Below, piece after piece: positions 1-13,281 of a stretch of DNA of 64,000 bases (position 1 is the stretch's first letter; the number at the start of each line of letters is the position of its first letter). The notes under the pieces were generated by a model. It was not told the origin of the DNA and ran no database searches. It was given only the letters and a program-made list of their open reading frames with translations. The translations under genes were made by a program, and so were the position numbers. This stretch comes from Bugula neritina (lineage: Eukaryota; Animalia; Bryozoa), in assembly GCA_964035545.1 (NCBI GenBank), contig OZ037765.1, positions 16,864,995-16,928,994 of the forward strand, given 5' to 3'.

Positions 1-95
1 TATAACTCCTAGAATATAGTCGTGGGTTGAGGTGTGTTGTATACATAAACTTTCTGGTGAATGAGGTTAGATTGAGAGCCTACGTATATTTTTAG

Positions 96-2609
96 CTCAA
101 TACACATGGCTGTTATCAACGGACAACACCGGGCTTTAAAAGACATGTTGACTATGTGTGCTGCCACCAAAGCATTCTCAGTTATAAACCATCTGAATGA
201 CAGACACGAGGTGAGGGTTTTATCTGTTTAAGCTTTTATAATTTAAGAGAAACAACTCTAGAAAGTTGTGTCCACGTTAATAGTATGTAGCTTTCCAGCT
301 ATTGTAATCAACTAATACTCAAGGCATATTATTTATAAGGAAAATTTTTGAACAGTATATCAGTGCGAGTATATCATAACTGTTGAATGAGGTGAGGTGA
401 TGACCATCAGGAAAAGTTCTAATGATAGTGGCTCCTGTATCTCTAGCTGTTAGTCTGGTTTATCGTAGAAATTTTACTTCATATAATATTGTCAAGGGTT
501 TGTCTAGTAAAATCGTTTTATTCTGCAGACGCCTCTGCATTTAGCTGTAATGCTCGGTGACACTGAAATGGTGAAGGTTTTGCTGAGTCACAATGCAGAC
601 CCATCAGTTAAAGACTATTCAGGCAATAACTGCTTTCACACAGCTGCCAAGAAAGGCAATTACAAAGTGACAGACCTCTTGTGTCGGTGGCTGAAATCAT
701 CATCTCATGGCAGTTCAGCTGTTAACGATTTCAACTATGAAGGTATGTTACTAAGTAATTGATAATTGATTCTTAGAATTTATTGTTATTATATGAACTG
801 CTTTCTCTATTGATTGTGGTTTTGAATTGTTGAATCATGAAAATTTAAAAACATAAGCTGAGTATACTAGTTGTCTTAATTCCTTGCTTCAAAAGTTTTT
901 TTGAAGACTATAAGTAAAGCTCTTGATAATTATATCTAAAAGTTGGTTATTTTTAGGGTAGGTGAAGTGTTCCTAATAGTAAAATTATCCTTCTCCCTTT
1001 TAGGAACACTGGCTAGAACTTAAAATAACCTGAACAGTTTTTGGTGGTTGACCTGTTACAATAAATGTAGTATATAATATACCTGGTTTATAGGTTACAC
1101 ATCTCTTCACAAAGCTGTCTTTGGTGACAGTGTTGACTGCATTCGGGCACTGGTTAGTGTGGGGGCGGATGTGAACATGCCTGACAGAACTACTGGCAGG
1201 ACAGCACTGCACCATTCTGTACTCAGGTGTAACATCCACACCACTGCTGAGCTCGTTCTTCATGTAAGTCTGTTGCTCTGTAGATAGTACGTGTGGAGTA
1301 TTGGCTCTTTTCTCGAGCTCAATGTACTGTGGTATACGCACTCACCTTTCATTGTTCACAAATTCAACTTCAACTAGCAACCTGTATGTACAATGATGCT
1401 GATATAATGACTAAATATAGGTTTTACTTTTGATGTATTTCAAAAGCTGACGCAGTTTCTAAATACTTTTGGTTTGTTGTTACAGCCCTGCATAGATGTG
1501 GACCCTCAAGCATATGATGGTAACACTCCACTTCACCTCGCTGTATCTATTGGCAAACCTGATTTGTGTCGCATTCTTATTAAATCGGGAGCCAACCCAC
1601 TTTTGGAAAACCGAGATTTTTCAGATGAAGAAGTTGTTGGGAAGAATGCTTATGATCTGTGTGGTACAGATGATGTTGTAAGTCAGCTTGCCTTGCTTGT
1701 CTTCATATACATACCTCTAACCAAATATATTCAATTATTTTCCCTTTATTTTTTGAGGTGCCAAATAATAACCTTGAATGATTATCTTCTATTTATAGTT
1801 GCTGTCTACAATAAAATCAGCTTCGGATAAAGACAGTAGATCACTGCTTCTAGTTGGCTCAATTGACAGCCTTCCCAAAAACACAACTAAACAGCTGTCA
1901 ACGCTGTTGGATGATAGCCAAGATTGGAAGCGCCTTGCTGAAAACTTTGGGTTATCTTCACTTGTCGATTTCATGGAGAGAAGTGGCACCCCAACCCTGT
2001 CTCTTCTCAACTATCTCTCTGTAAGTATACTTAGCCTGTCATTCCAAGTTCGGCCATTATTGTTGGTCTCAAAGGGTTTTTACTGAGTAATTAACATTGT
2101 TCTAAGATTTACAGCTTTTATATTTTTTCTATTTTGGAGCCGATAGATTGTGTATGAACTTTGCTGTCCAGAAATTTCTAGAGTTTATTTTGGCATGTTG
2201 TGTTATTATATGCAGAAAAATGACAAAACTCTGCGTGACTTGGCAATGGGACTGATAGCCATTTCTCGGCTTGACTGTGTGGAGGTGATAGAAAAGTGGA
2301 ACCCTAACGCCACTATGAGACTTGCTTCTGGAGTCGGTAAGTTCTTCATTATCTTATTTGTAGTGTTTAAATAAACACGTTTTAAGAGTTTGCCTGGCCA
2401 GATCATGTGTTAACTTACCTCTATTATTTATTCAAATGCTATGTTGGGTCTTTTCATAGTGTAAATGAAACCCACAAAGGTAAGAACCAACTGCTAATTT
2501 TCGAACATTCCTAAAATGATTTCTTATTTACATCATTTTGATTTCAGTTGACTCGGGCTTCATCGAATCATATGTATCAGGAGGCAGCAGATTTGGCCAC
2601 TTGAAATGA
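96..2609 (+). CDS. NFKB1: NF-kB p105/p100-like precursor, C-terminal part (ankyrin repeats + death domain + DSG degron); 5' part lies outside the window
   Basis: Phase-consistent GT-AG exons 96-210, 529-742, 1094-1263, 1486-1677, 1799-2020, 2216-2336, 2548-2609. Ankyrin motifs SIHMAV, TPLHLAV, NCFHTAA, TSLHKAV, GRTALHHSV, GNTPLHLAV. Death domain DWKRLAENFGL...TPTLSLL...SRLDCVEVIE. C-terminus VDSGFIESYVSGGSRFGHLK*. The ANK-DD-DSG order is characteristic of p105/p100. The Rel domain is not visible, so the symbol means family co-orthologue. Confidence 0.88.
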
Positions 2610-3067
2610 GTCTCCCCATGCTCCATATACTAGCAAGGGAAACTGGAGGCACGAGGAGTTTTTGTCCCTCGTGTTTGATAAAGTTGATCAGCAGATTTAC
2701 TCGATACTATTTCTGCAGAATTCAAGGGAGTTGGAAATTTCTTCCCGGTTATTTATTTTATAACTTATTTTGCCTAATTTTTACAGTTGATGTTTAAAAA
2801 TTAAATTACGCTGATGGGGGGTCTATTTAACACAAATAAAATGATGAAGTATAAAAGTCATTGGGGGATACTGGTTGCCGTAATCTAAAACATTTACCTA
2901 ATTTCTATACTATAGTTTTACTCGCTGTTCTACAAGTTTATATATATGTGTGGGTGTTTGGTGAACTGCAAGCATTTCAAATATACATACTTTGTAAAGC
3001 TCTTTGTAATCTACGTATTTTATTTTGTGTTTGTCTCAAATTACTTAATTCATGTCACAGAATTTGT

Positions 3068-3140
3068 TTTATTATGTTAAAGACTATTTTATTATGTTTA
3101 AGACTATTTTATTATGTTTAAGACTATTTTATTATGTTAA
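3068..3140. repeat. 20-bp tandem repeat, about 3.5 copies
   Basis: (TTTATTATGTTWAAGACTAT)n in the NF-kB 3' region. Confidence 0.9.
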
Positions 3141-3563
3141 AATGCACATATTCAGTATTTACAGTAAGTATAATGTGTTTTCTTTCATGATGTGAATTGA
3201 TCATTTGATTATGTTTATCAGCTTTAAGTCTTCATTATTCAATAAACCTGGTTGTCTTCATTATCTGTCTTGTCAAACTGATTTTTTCCAACAGCTGCCT
3301 TTTCAAACCAGGCTTTTTTACATTCATAACATTTATTCTCATTTAATGACAATATAAACTTGCAGTATGCATGCATAAAATACCGTGCCAATACTAATCA
3401 GGAATACACATTGCTTTAGATTTGTATACACAGCATTATTCAATTTTAAGCAAATCAATTGACAAATTGTCCACTTGGTTAGAAGTGTAAGTAGCAAAAC
3501 AAGCTGTAGTTTGATGTATGGCATGGAGATTGAGATAACTGAAGTCCCTGCAAGAGTAGTCCG

Positions 3564-6500
3564 TCATATAAATGGTAGCAAGTCCTGGGGAACGCAGGTT
3601 GGATCCTGTTTTGCAGAGGCGCCGGGTTTCTTCATCTGCTGCACTATTCGCTTGAAATGAAATTTATAAGTGTATCTCTTGCCATGTATTTTAGTCAGAA
3701 TCATTTTGTCGTAGTAATACCTTAAAGCTCTAGAAAGTTTGTCATAGGTCATATTTTTCTTTCGCTTTTTTTCTCCCCATTTCTTGGCTACTTCATCTGG
3801 GTTAACCATTCTAAATTCTCCATAAGTATCTTCCCAAGCGATAGTGGTTATGTGTATCTCTGGTTCTTCCAGCATAGATAGCAAAAACTGCCACAGCTGC
3901 ATTTGGCCTCCTTAAAATTTACATAAGATTTCATGACCGACATTCAAAGATCCAAATATATGTATATAGGCTATAGACATGCGGCTATATATACTGTATA
4001 AACAGGGTCAGTCGCTATACATGAGAACAGCACATGATAAAGATATACTTGTGTGTTTTTCCATAAACTTGCCATTATTTTAATGATCGGAAGTTAGGTC
4101 ATCTGCTGATTTAAGTCGTGGTTACAGCGACTGTGTGGTTTCAGTTGACCTGGTTTTGACCCACATGCACTATTTGGTGTTAATTACTAATTTAACTATC
4201 AATGTAATTATCATTGCAAATTGCTGAATCCTAATGCCCATTAACCGACATTGTCTGTGACAAATCTGTGTATTATTAAGTCGAGTTGGTGCAGCGAATA
4301 ACAGTGTATTTTTCATTTGAAGATGATCAGCACCAGTTATTTAAAATTACTGTTGAAAGTAGTGTAATATTTGAAGTGGTTTTAACATCAAGTAACTAAA
4401 ACCAAGCTTGCAACTATAAATAAAAGATATGTACAGATTATGAACTGTTGATAGTATATTGCTTGTACAGTACATTGTGTGTATAGTACTATATCAAATG
4501 TTGGTGCAAGGTAAAACAACACATGGTAGTGCAATGCGGCTGAAATAAAATTTCAATGCCAAAAACCTGGAAAATTGAAATGTGGTAAATCAACATAAAA
4601 TTTAGCTAACAATTTATGGCCCTAAAATTTCCTTTATGAAATTTATGCATTTTGAAGATATTTCACCTTGAAAGATAATAACTAATTTTCAAAAAATAGT
4701 TTTTTAAAGGGGAGTAGGTTAGAGGGCAGGTAACACAAAACTTGTTACTCTGGTCAATGGAGTCATAAATGTTGTCACATCAAAATGTTCAAAAGTTTCA
4801 GTTTTCAACTGCATTTACTACACGGACTCTACTGATCAGTGGATAACTAAGATGAGCTGTTCATCAATAAAAGTATTTTTGTAAATTGAGTAAGAAATAC
4901 TTTTTCAGTAGTTTTTGTTGTTCAAAAAACAGATCATTACAAGCAAATGTGGTTGGAGGAGCTTTGTGAAATTGAAATAATAAGTTCTATTCTCTTTTGT
5001 AATGTCTACATTTATTGGAGTCATAATGTTTTGGTCTTCTTTGAAAAAGCCACCAACTGTGTTACACCAACCCAAACACTTCATATCTTTCTTTTAAAAT
5101 TTTACAACGTGTAATATAAGGCCATGTTATTTTACAAGCTTTGCTCATCAAGTATAATCTTAACTGCTGCCGTTATTAAACCATTATGTCATTTGAAAAT
5201 CTGCATATTGTATCACAAGAAAGAAGCAAGCTGTTATAGAAAAATATTTCAACTTCATTTTTGAAATACCTGGCTTAAATAGAATGTAAGTTACTATATA
5301 GTCACCTGACATTTGTCATTAATTTTTCTGTCTGCTTTACCTGCCTACATGGTTTTGTACTTGAAGCATGAGCTGTAAAACTGAAGTGTACCTAATTTTG
5401 CTGTTAATATCATAGTCTGCAAAGTGGCAGTTATTTAATGTAACCCGACTAATTAAAGCTATTAACTTACCAATTGATTTGCACACCAAGCCTAAATATA
5501 GACTGCATATTCATTGCAATAATTATTCTATTATTATTTTTTAATATTTCTATTTATAACTGCTAACAACATCACTCACCTTGAGCTTTTATACGTTCAA
5601 CCAGCTTTTCTTTGCATTCTTGTAACACTGCAGGATCCATTTCTAAAATTTGTAATTTGAATTGTTAGCGTAGGCCACCTCACTTATTGTACAGTATACA
5701 TATAGATTACATCATGTAAGTTTAGCCTGCGTTATGTTAAATGATCTATATCTACAAGGTGGCTGGATGGTTTACATTTTCTTTTAGGAATGCTCAGATC
5801 ATAAACCATTTAGGGTAGAATAATCTAATTTAACAATATCAAAAGAAATATATCATTAGTATAAAGTTGAGAACAATGACAGATTCTACAGTATTCACCT
5901 TCCCACCTTTTTGGGACGTTTATTAGAAGCAAAGCTACTTTTTGCTCAGTTTATATGGAAGCGATATCTTTTTTGACAAATTGATACTTAGGTTTTTACA
6001 CTTTAAAGCAGTAGTGGAGAAATTAAGATAGCATAAGCTCTTTAATTTCCTTAAATTAAATTTTGGTTTGGGACCAGGTTGAAATTCTTATTCTTAACTT
6101 CTTTTGCTACATTTCTACTCTAAAACACAGGCTTTTTCAATTTCTCCATTACCGCACCTGCCTGCACCAATGATAGTAATAAGTAATGGGTAATGAGTAA
6201 TGAGTGATGGGTAATGGGTAATGAGTAGTGAGTGATGGGTGATGACTAATGGATGATGAGGAAGTTAAAATTTTGCCCTCTAATATTGTATATATATGTA
6301 TATCAATCAAAACTTTTAGCATACTTTTTTTGCTCTTTAATAAAGTTTGAAAACCAAGTTTAAAGCTTTTAAATTATTTAAAAAAACAAAGAACCTGAAT
6401 TTCATTTTTAAACCCTTTCTATCATTATTAATATACTTTCCTCCCATGTCTGTAATCTAAGTTAGATAAAAGATGTAATTGATTGGCATAAGTGCAGTTT

Positions 6501-9500
6501 TTTCTACCAGGTGGAAGATAAAACAATACTTTGTTGATTCAAGCATGTGGTTCTAATAAAACCTTTTGTCACTGAGCTGTGTAGGCCGCTTACACATTTT
6601 ATATTGTAGTTATTACAGTGGAAGCCTTGATGTAGTTATGGGAACAAATTATAGTAGAAAGTATCATGATTAGCAGCAGACATTAGGTTCAACTACACAG
6701 CAGTAGCACCTTGCAAACAGCATGTATTATTTAGTACTTGAGTAGAGTTACTGCAGTAGACATGGCACTCCCAGAGCACAGTAAACAGTTGTGATATGTT
6801 TAGATAACAAGCTTTGTTTGCATTGAGAATTATGCACCTCAGCAAATTAATAAAAAGCAATTCTCACCCCTATTATGTGATAATGGGTTGCAGACAATAG
6901 CAGTTGTAAGGGCCTAGTGCCCATCAACCTGATGAGGACCATATATAATTACAAAATGTTTTTGATCTCAGTGACTGTGCCACTCATTTCATTCCACCCT
7001 TACTACTGCTGTGACTGCCATGCTGCTCTCCTTTCTATTCTGCTACTTAATATAATACCCAAAATAAGTGTCAATTTTTTTATCCCTTTTTAGCATTTGA
7101 ACATAACTCTTTAAATGCAATGCAAGCATTAGGTACTGTTGTTGTTTTATTTAGCATTAAATTCTATTAAACTTGAAATTTTGTTGAAGCGCAGGTTCTG
7201 ATAACACTGACCATATAATCTAAGCAGTATAAGTAAATATGTTGAGGTTGAGCATGTGTTATTTTGGTTCCTGAGACAGGCATCTCACATAATTTATACA
7301 ACTAGGTTAACATACTGAATGCCTGTTACAGATAATTTCAAAAAGTATTACGCTCTGCAACTTTATTTTATTTCCAAAAGCAGTATATGATCTCTTTTCA
7401 AGGTATCCTGTTACAAATGAGGGTCTCATAACCTTATACTGTACATTCAGCTCTCAATTGTGCCATTATATAAAGTTATTACTGCAACCTGTGAAAATTG
7501 CCCTTTTTGAATCGTACGAGTGTTTTTTAGCCTAGATTTAATGGGTAGAGTCTGCAGGCAATGTTTTGTATACCTGTACTGTCCAATATAATTTACTATA
7601 AACATATCAACATTTGAATGAAAAATATACCTTACTGTAATAGAAGCTCTATACTTATATGGAAATCAAAGCTCCATACTCCTATAACAGTGCAAGCCCT
7701 ATGCCTACACAGCAATATATTGAAACACGAAATGAAAATCCTAACACAATCTAATATTAATGGTAACACAATTTTTACCTTCTCTAACCATCTCTTCACA
7801 GATCACTGGTTGGTTACAAAGAAATATGAATTTAGAGTTGTTGGAGCCATATATCGGTAGCTCCTGTTTAACGCTCTCTTCATATGAAGGGGGAGGAAGG
7901 TTCAATATGGTGCAAGAGTTTTGCTGAGATGGGCGACTGCGTTGCTTCTGTTTCTGTTGCTGAAAGTGTTGGTACCTCTGAGATCTCTGATACTTGGGAG
8001 TTGTTGGCGCCACGAATAATTTAGGTAGTAGATTTATTACTGGCCTTTAAAAAGTAAAAAAGAAAAATCAGCAACAAGGTTAACTGTGCAATATATTATT
8101 ACTACTTGTACATGTAAATTATTTATGCAAGCCATCACATTTGATATGAAAACATTCCTCTTCAAGCAAAAAGAGAAAAAGTGACTATTTACATTGTCAC
8201 AAAACATCCGAAATTTTTAATATATTATTGGTAGATTTTATCAATCAGTAGATTATACCATAAAACTGGAATTAAAAACTTGTATTTTTGTGTGTCTATC
8301 TTGACTATTATAAATATCGTAGAAAATTAACGCAGCTAGAGCTCACCTTGAAAAAGAATAATTATATGCCAAAAATTGTGCTCTGCAACACATTTATTTA
8401 CATCTATTGTTATTATGCCTGCCTTTAATGTGTGTGTGCATGCACTCGCTCGAGCACGTGTGTGTGTCTGTGTGTGTGTGTCTGTGTGTGTGCGTATGTG
8501 CGTGTGTGTTTGTGTATGTGCGTGTGTGTTTGTGTGTGTGCGTGTGTGTGCGTGTGTGTGGGTGTGTGTATGTGTGTGAGTGTGTGTGTGTTTCCCACCA
8601 TCCTATTGACATCAAAGTTTTGTTTCTACATAAATATTTCTGGAAGATTTAGTTTTGCTTTGTAGCAGCAAGCGAAGTGTTTAGCAGGTATAATTGTCAT
8701 TATAAAGTAATGTCATAGAATATTCTGGTAAGATGATGCTTGCACCCTGCAAGGTCACAACACACAAATGTTTTGACAACTATCACTGCAGTACTGAGTC
8801 TTCACAAGTATATTATAGTTTGGCTTGTTCACTGGATATGAAATTTAAGCAGCACATGCTGACCTAAGAGAAATTTGATTGAATCTGCTCCAACATTATA
8901 TATTCATATAAGTTCCATTTGTCAAATAAACAATCTTATATGGAAAAGATGTCTTTCTTACAAAGCTGCAACTGTAGAACATACAATTTTGTGTAAATTA
9001 AGCTAGACATCTGTAACAAAGCAAGTTTTCACTACTGAGGCTTGAAAATATTTGGTCACCATGTGCCAGTCTCATGTCTACCATGTTTGCACTGTTAGGA
9101 TGTCTCTAATTCCATAGATATTGTGATTAAGATTAAAGTTTAGCTCAGCACATTATTTCTGTTTGTAAAGTAGAACAGAAAGAAATTTTGGCATATTGCA
9201 TATTACTCTCTTAATTGAGAGCTTTCTTACAATATTTCTGCTTACTGGTTCTAAGTAAACCACTAAAAAAACTTTAGAAATTGCATGTTTTTATTTGTAG
9301 TGTTGTAACTATTTTGTAGCAGTTGCTACACAAGACAAGTGTGTAGTCTTTCAACATGTCTTAAATCCGCTTCTTAGGGCTTAAATGCTAGCGGCTCACC
9401 CAAAGTTCAGGGACCACCAGAACAATGGCAGAATTGAACAGCAAATTAAATTAGGTTATTATAAAATATCATTTCAATATGCAACTCCTATTATTAATTT

Positions 9501-10648
9501 AAGCTTACAATAGCTTACAAAACATATTATGTAGATTACCTTAAGTTCTTGTTAGGATTTTTGGTATGGAGGATGTTTCGAGGTTGACAGAAATCGTTAA
9601 TTTTTTTAATTTTGTCTTCCCTTCGAACTTTATTCTGGTTTTTAATGGTAATTGGTTGGATGCCGTTCTGTTCAGGAGGTCCTTGAGAGATATGCCCCAT
9701 TGACTCTAGAGACTGTGTGGTTTCCAGCACATACTGTGGCATCAAAAGCAGCTGTTTAGATTTTGACATAGTATCTAATGAGCTGGAGTGAGATGTAGCA
9801 AAAGTGGGCTCAGATAATATACTGGATACTGATTGAGAAAAGAACATCTGGTTTTGGGTCAGAGAGGTCTGTGTAGATGGAATTGAACAGGTTGAAGATA
9901 GAGGCATAGTTTGTGGAGATTTATTTTCTAGAGGTGAAAGTAAAATTGACTTAGTCTGATCATTTAGTATGGATTGTTGAGCCTGTGCTGGCAGCTGAGA
10001 TGGGTCTGTCGAAGAGGCACAAAATGTTTCCAGTTCCAATAGAGGGTGATCTACACTCAAAGGTGAAACTGGTTTCTGCTGATAAACACAGGGTCCATTC
10101 ATTTCTAATGAAGAGGAATGTTGAATAGTTGTTGAAACAGTTACTAGTGATGGCTTAGCTTGCATAGCAGAACAATTGTTTATGTTTTGTTCCAGGTTGG
10201 CAGATACTGCAGGCTCCAAAAGAGGCAGACTTTGTACATTTTCCTCATGAGATTCGACCATTTCACCGCATGGCGATAGCAAATGAGAGTCTATCCAATC
10301 TTGGTCAAAATCATTCTGTTCACATTTTAACTGAAAATTTGTGTTACAATTTGAATCCTCCCAATTCTGTGGCTCATCAAACAGACATTCATCATACTCG
10401 CCTGGAGGTGAAATGTATGTCTGACAAGTTTCCTCAAAAAGTCCTGCTTTCTCTTTTGCATCTAACGAAGCACCAACACCACCGTGCAAGTCAAGCTGCC
10501 CCTGCAGATGAATTTTATTCAAACGTTGGCCAATCTCTGTTTTCATGTAGTCTTCTAAATAAGTCTTTGGTTCAGATTTTATTTCTAGATATGGTGTTGA
10601 GATTACATTTTCCTCTGAAGGAAAATCAAATTTATCGTTCCACTTCAT
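3564..10648 (-). CDS. ETS-domain transcription factor (ERG/FLI/FEV-like ETS domain; long acidic, S/T/Q-rich N-terminus)
   Basis: Exons 10648-9540, 8044-7779, 5642-5580, 3910-3564 join in frame (phases 2,1,1). The last exon encodes [11 protein letters not shown]...[46 protein letters not shown], a canonical ETS domain. Confidence 0.9.
6006..6162 (+). repeat. Dispersed ~150-bp MITE-like repeat, copy 1
   Basis: Inverted ends GCAGTAGTGGAGAAATT...AATTTCTCCATTACCGC; shared core TTGCTACATTTCTA.TCTA.AACACAGGCTTTT also at ~16800 and ~52690. Confidence 0.7.
6175..6260. repeat. 7-bp degenerate tandem repeat
   Basis: (GTRATGR)n, about 11 units. Confidence 0.85.
8429..8591. repeat. Imperfect (GT)n microsatellite
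   Basis: Direct inspection; lies in ETS intron 1. Confidence 0.97.
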
Positions 10649-11136
10649 TATTATAAAATAAATAGTTACATGACGTCCAAAAAAGAAACTGTAGCTAAAA
10701 ACTTTTTGAGTAAATTAGAAGCACGTAATGTGTGCTCTTGTGGAGAGGCTTGAATACAATGATAGTCTATCATCACACATACATCCCTGTCTTCGGAGGC
10801 CCACTAATTAGAGCCTAGCATGAAAAATGCAGCACATGTATATTTTATTACATGATCTACTTCTTACTCAGCAATTAAAACAGCATGTGCAGGTCTATAG
10901 TGTCAAATACAGCAGACAGTATCAAGCTCCTAACATTACATAGATGGGGGAGGCATTTCACATCCTAAACTTGCCTGCAGGATTAACTTGTTCACCTCAA
11001 TTAGTATTAGGAAAATATCTTTTTGAAATAAAATATCCCCTGCAGGATAATAATTTATGAATAAATTTATTCAAATTTAACTTAATAAACGTTGTTGACA
11101 AGTTTCATAAGAACGTTGAACAGTGTTATAAGAAAC

Positions 11137-11685
<549 letters not shown>

Positions 11686-13281
11686 TTCAACTGCAGGAAC
11701 CAGTTATTGTATTAAAGAGGTTTTTTAGAGATGGGTAACTCAATTTAGAAATTTTTTGTAAATGTAATATAATTACAATAAAATCAATTTGTTCTAATTT
11801 ACTGTCACTATCAACTTGCTAAAATGATGTAATTCTGCACTTTTGTGTTATTCTCAAAACCATTGTAGCCTTTCAGTTTGGCTAAACAAAACCCATTCAG
11901 TACAACTCAAACTACAGATACTTGTGATTATTGGTTTTTGAAACAGTAAGTATTGTTTTAGTAATGAGGTAACAGTATTAATAATTTTGCATTTGCATGC
12001 AAAATTAGGCTAATTCAACAACAGCTATATAAAATAATTACAAATGTGTTCTTATGCTCAATAATAAAATCAAAAACTAACTCTGAAATGCAATGAAACT
12101 AATTATATGATAGTTATGATTATACAAAACTCTGATTGAAGAAAATAACATGCAGGTTTTCAACTTAACATAACATGTACCTGAAATAACAATTCTTTTA
12201 TTTAAAGCAAAAAGCTATCTAAGTTTTACTCACAAATGCAAAATAACAATTATATTTTGTATTCGAGGTCAACTATGAAAATTCATTAGTGTTTCATGTC
12301 ATATGCTTGTAATATCAGCTCATGTAAATATACAAGTACAGTGCTTCGAAATCTAAAGCATCGACGATATTTGATGCAAAGGTTGTAGAATGCTGGAGAA
12401 TAACGAGATAGGGGTGTTAGGAAGTATGATAAAGTCCTTTCAGTGGATAGATTGCATACAAACAGTTTATTGAACCACACTATGTTATATATAACAAATG
12501 ATATGGCAATACTATATAACAATAGCAAAAACAATTGAATAGCACCTTAGATGAGTGATTCATACCATAATACCATGATGACAAGACAGAAAAGGTGTTA
12601 CAACTCCTAAACAGACTTAACAAAAATATAATTATTTTAAAACAAAATCTAGCTATTTTATTCAGGTAATTATTGCTTTAGTTACTACTGTATATAGGTA
12701 TAGTGCTCACAACCTCAAACAACTTGTGCTGCAGCACAGCTATTATGTATAAGAATAATATTTATAATATTATTAAAACTGCATTGCTCTGCATTTGAAA
12801 AATGTATAATTAGTTATAAAAACATTATTGTCAAATTTGTAAATCAAGGCTCAAGCCTACTCTTCTCTACAGGTTTAGTTTTTAATTTTGGAATAAATCA
12901 CAGTTCTTTGAGTTCTACATTTATCTCTATGAACAATTGTGATCGAGCTGAACATCTCTCAGTTAGTTTTGTATTTCAAGTACTCAGCTACAGTAATGTT
13001 CTCATCATATAAATTGTAAATCAGTAGAGAAATATTCGATTCAATCAAAATTGTTTATAAAGACAAGTGTGAAACCTGAAGAGCTGTGATTTATCCCACC
13101 AGCTTTCTATAAACAACATAACATAAATAGATGTTTGATTCATAGACATTTTGAGTATTATCTAATTATACCTGTAATCAATTTATTCTATTCCACCAAC
13201 AAGGGCAGTTTGTATGTCCACTTGTTCAACTGTATGAGATTTTATGAGCTGTATAGAAATTGATGCATATGGATCATGTCA

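Noticed and set aside
1000-2406. Minus-strand ORFs 1000-1341, 1789-2010 and 2206-2406
   Set aside because: Antisense shadows of NF-kB exons with no recognisable motifs.
8376-8665. Four overlapping ORFs rich in CV or HT dipeptides
   Set aside because: Translations of the (GT)n microsatellite inside an ETS intron.
10270-10656. 128-aa plus-strand ORF
   Set aside because: Antisense to ETS exon 1; no domain or splice support.
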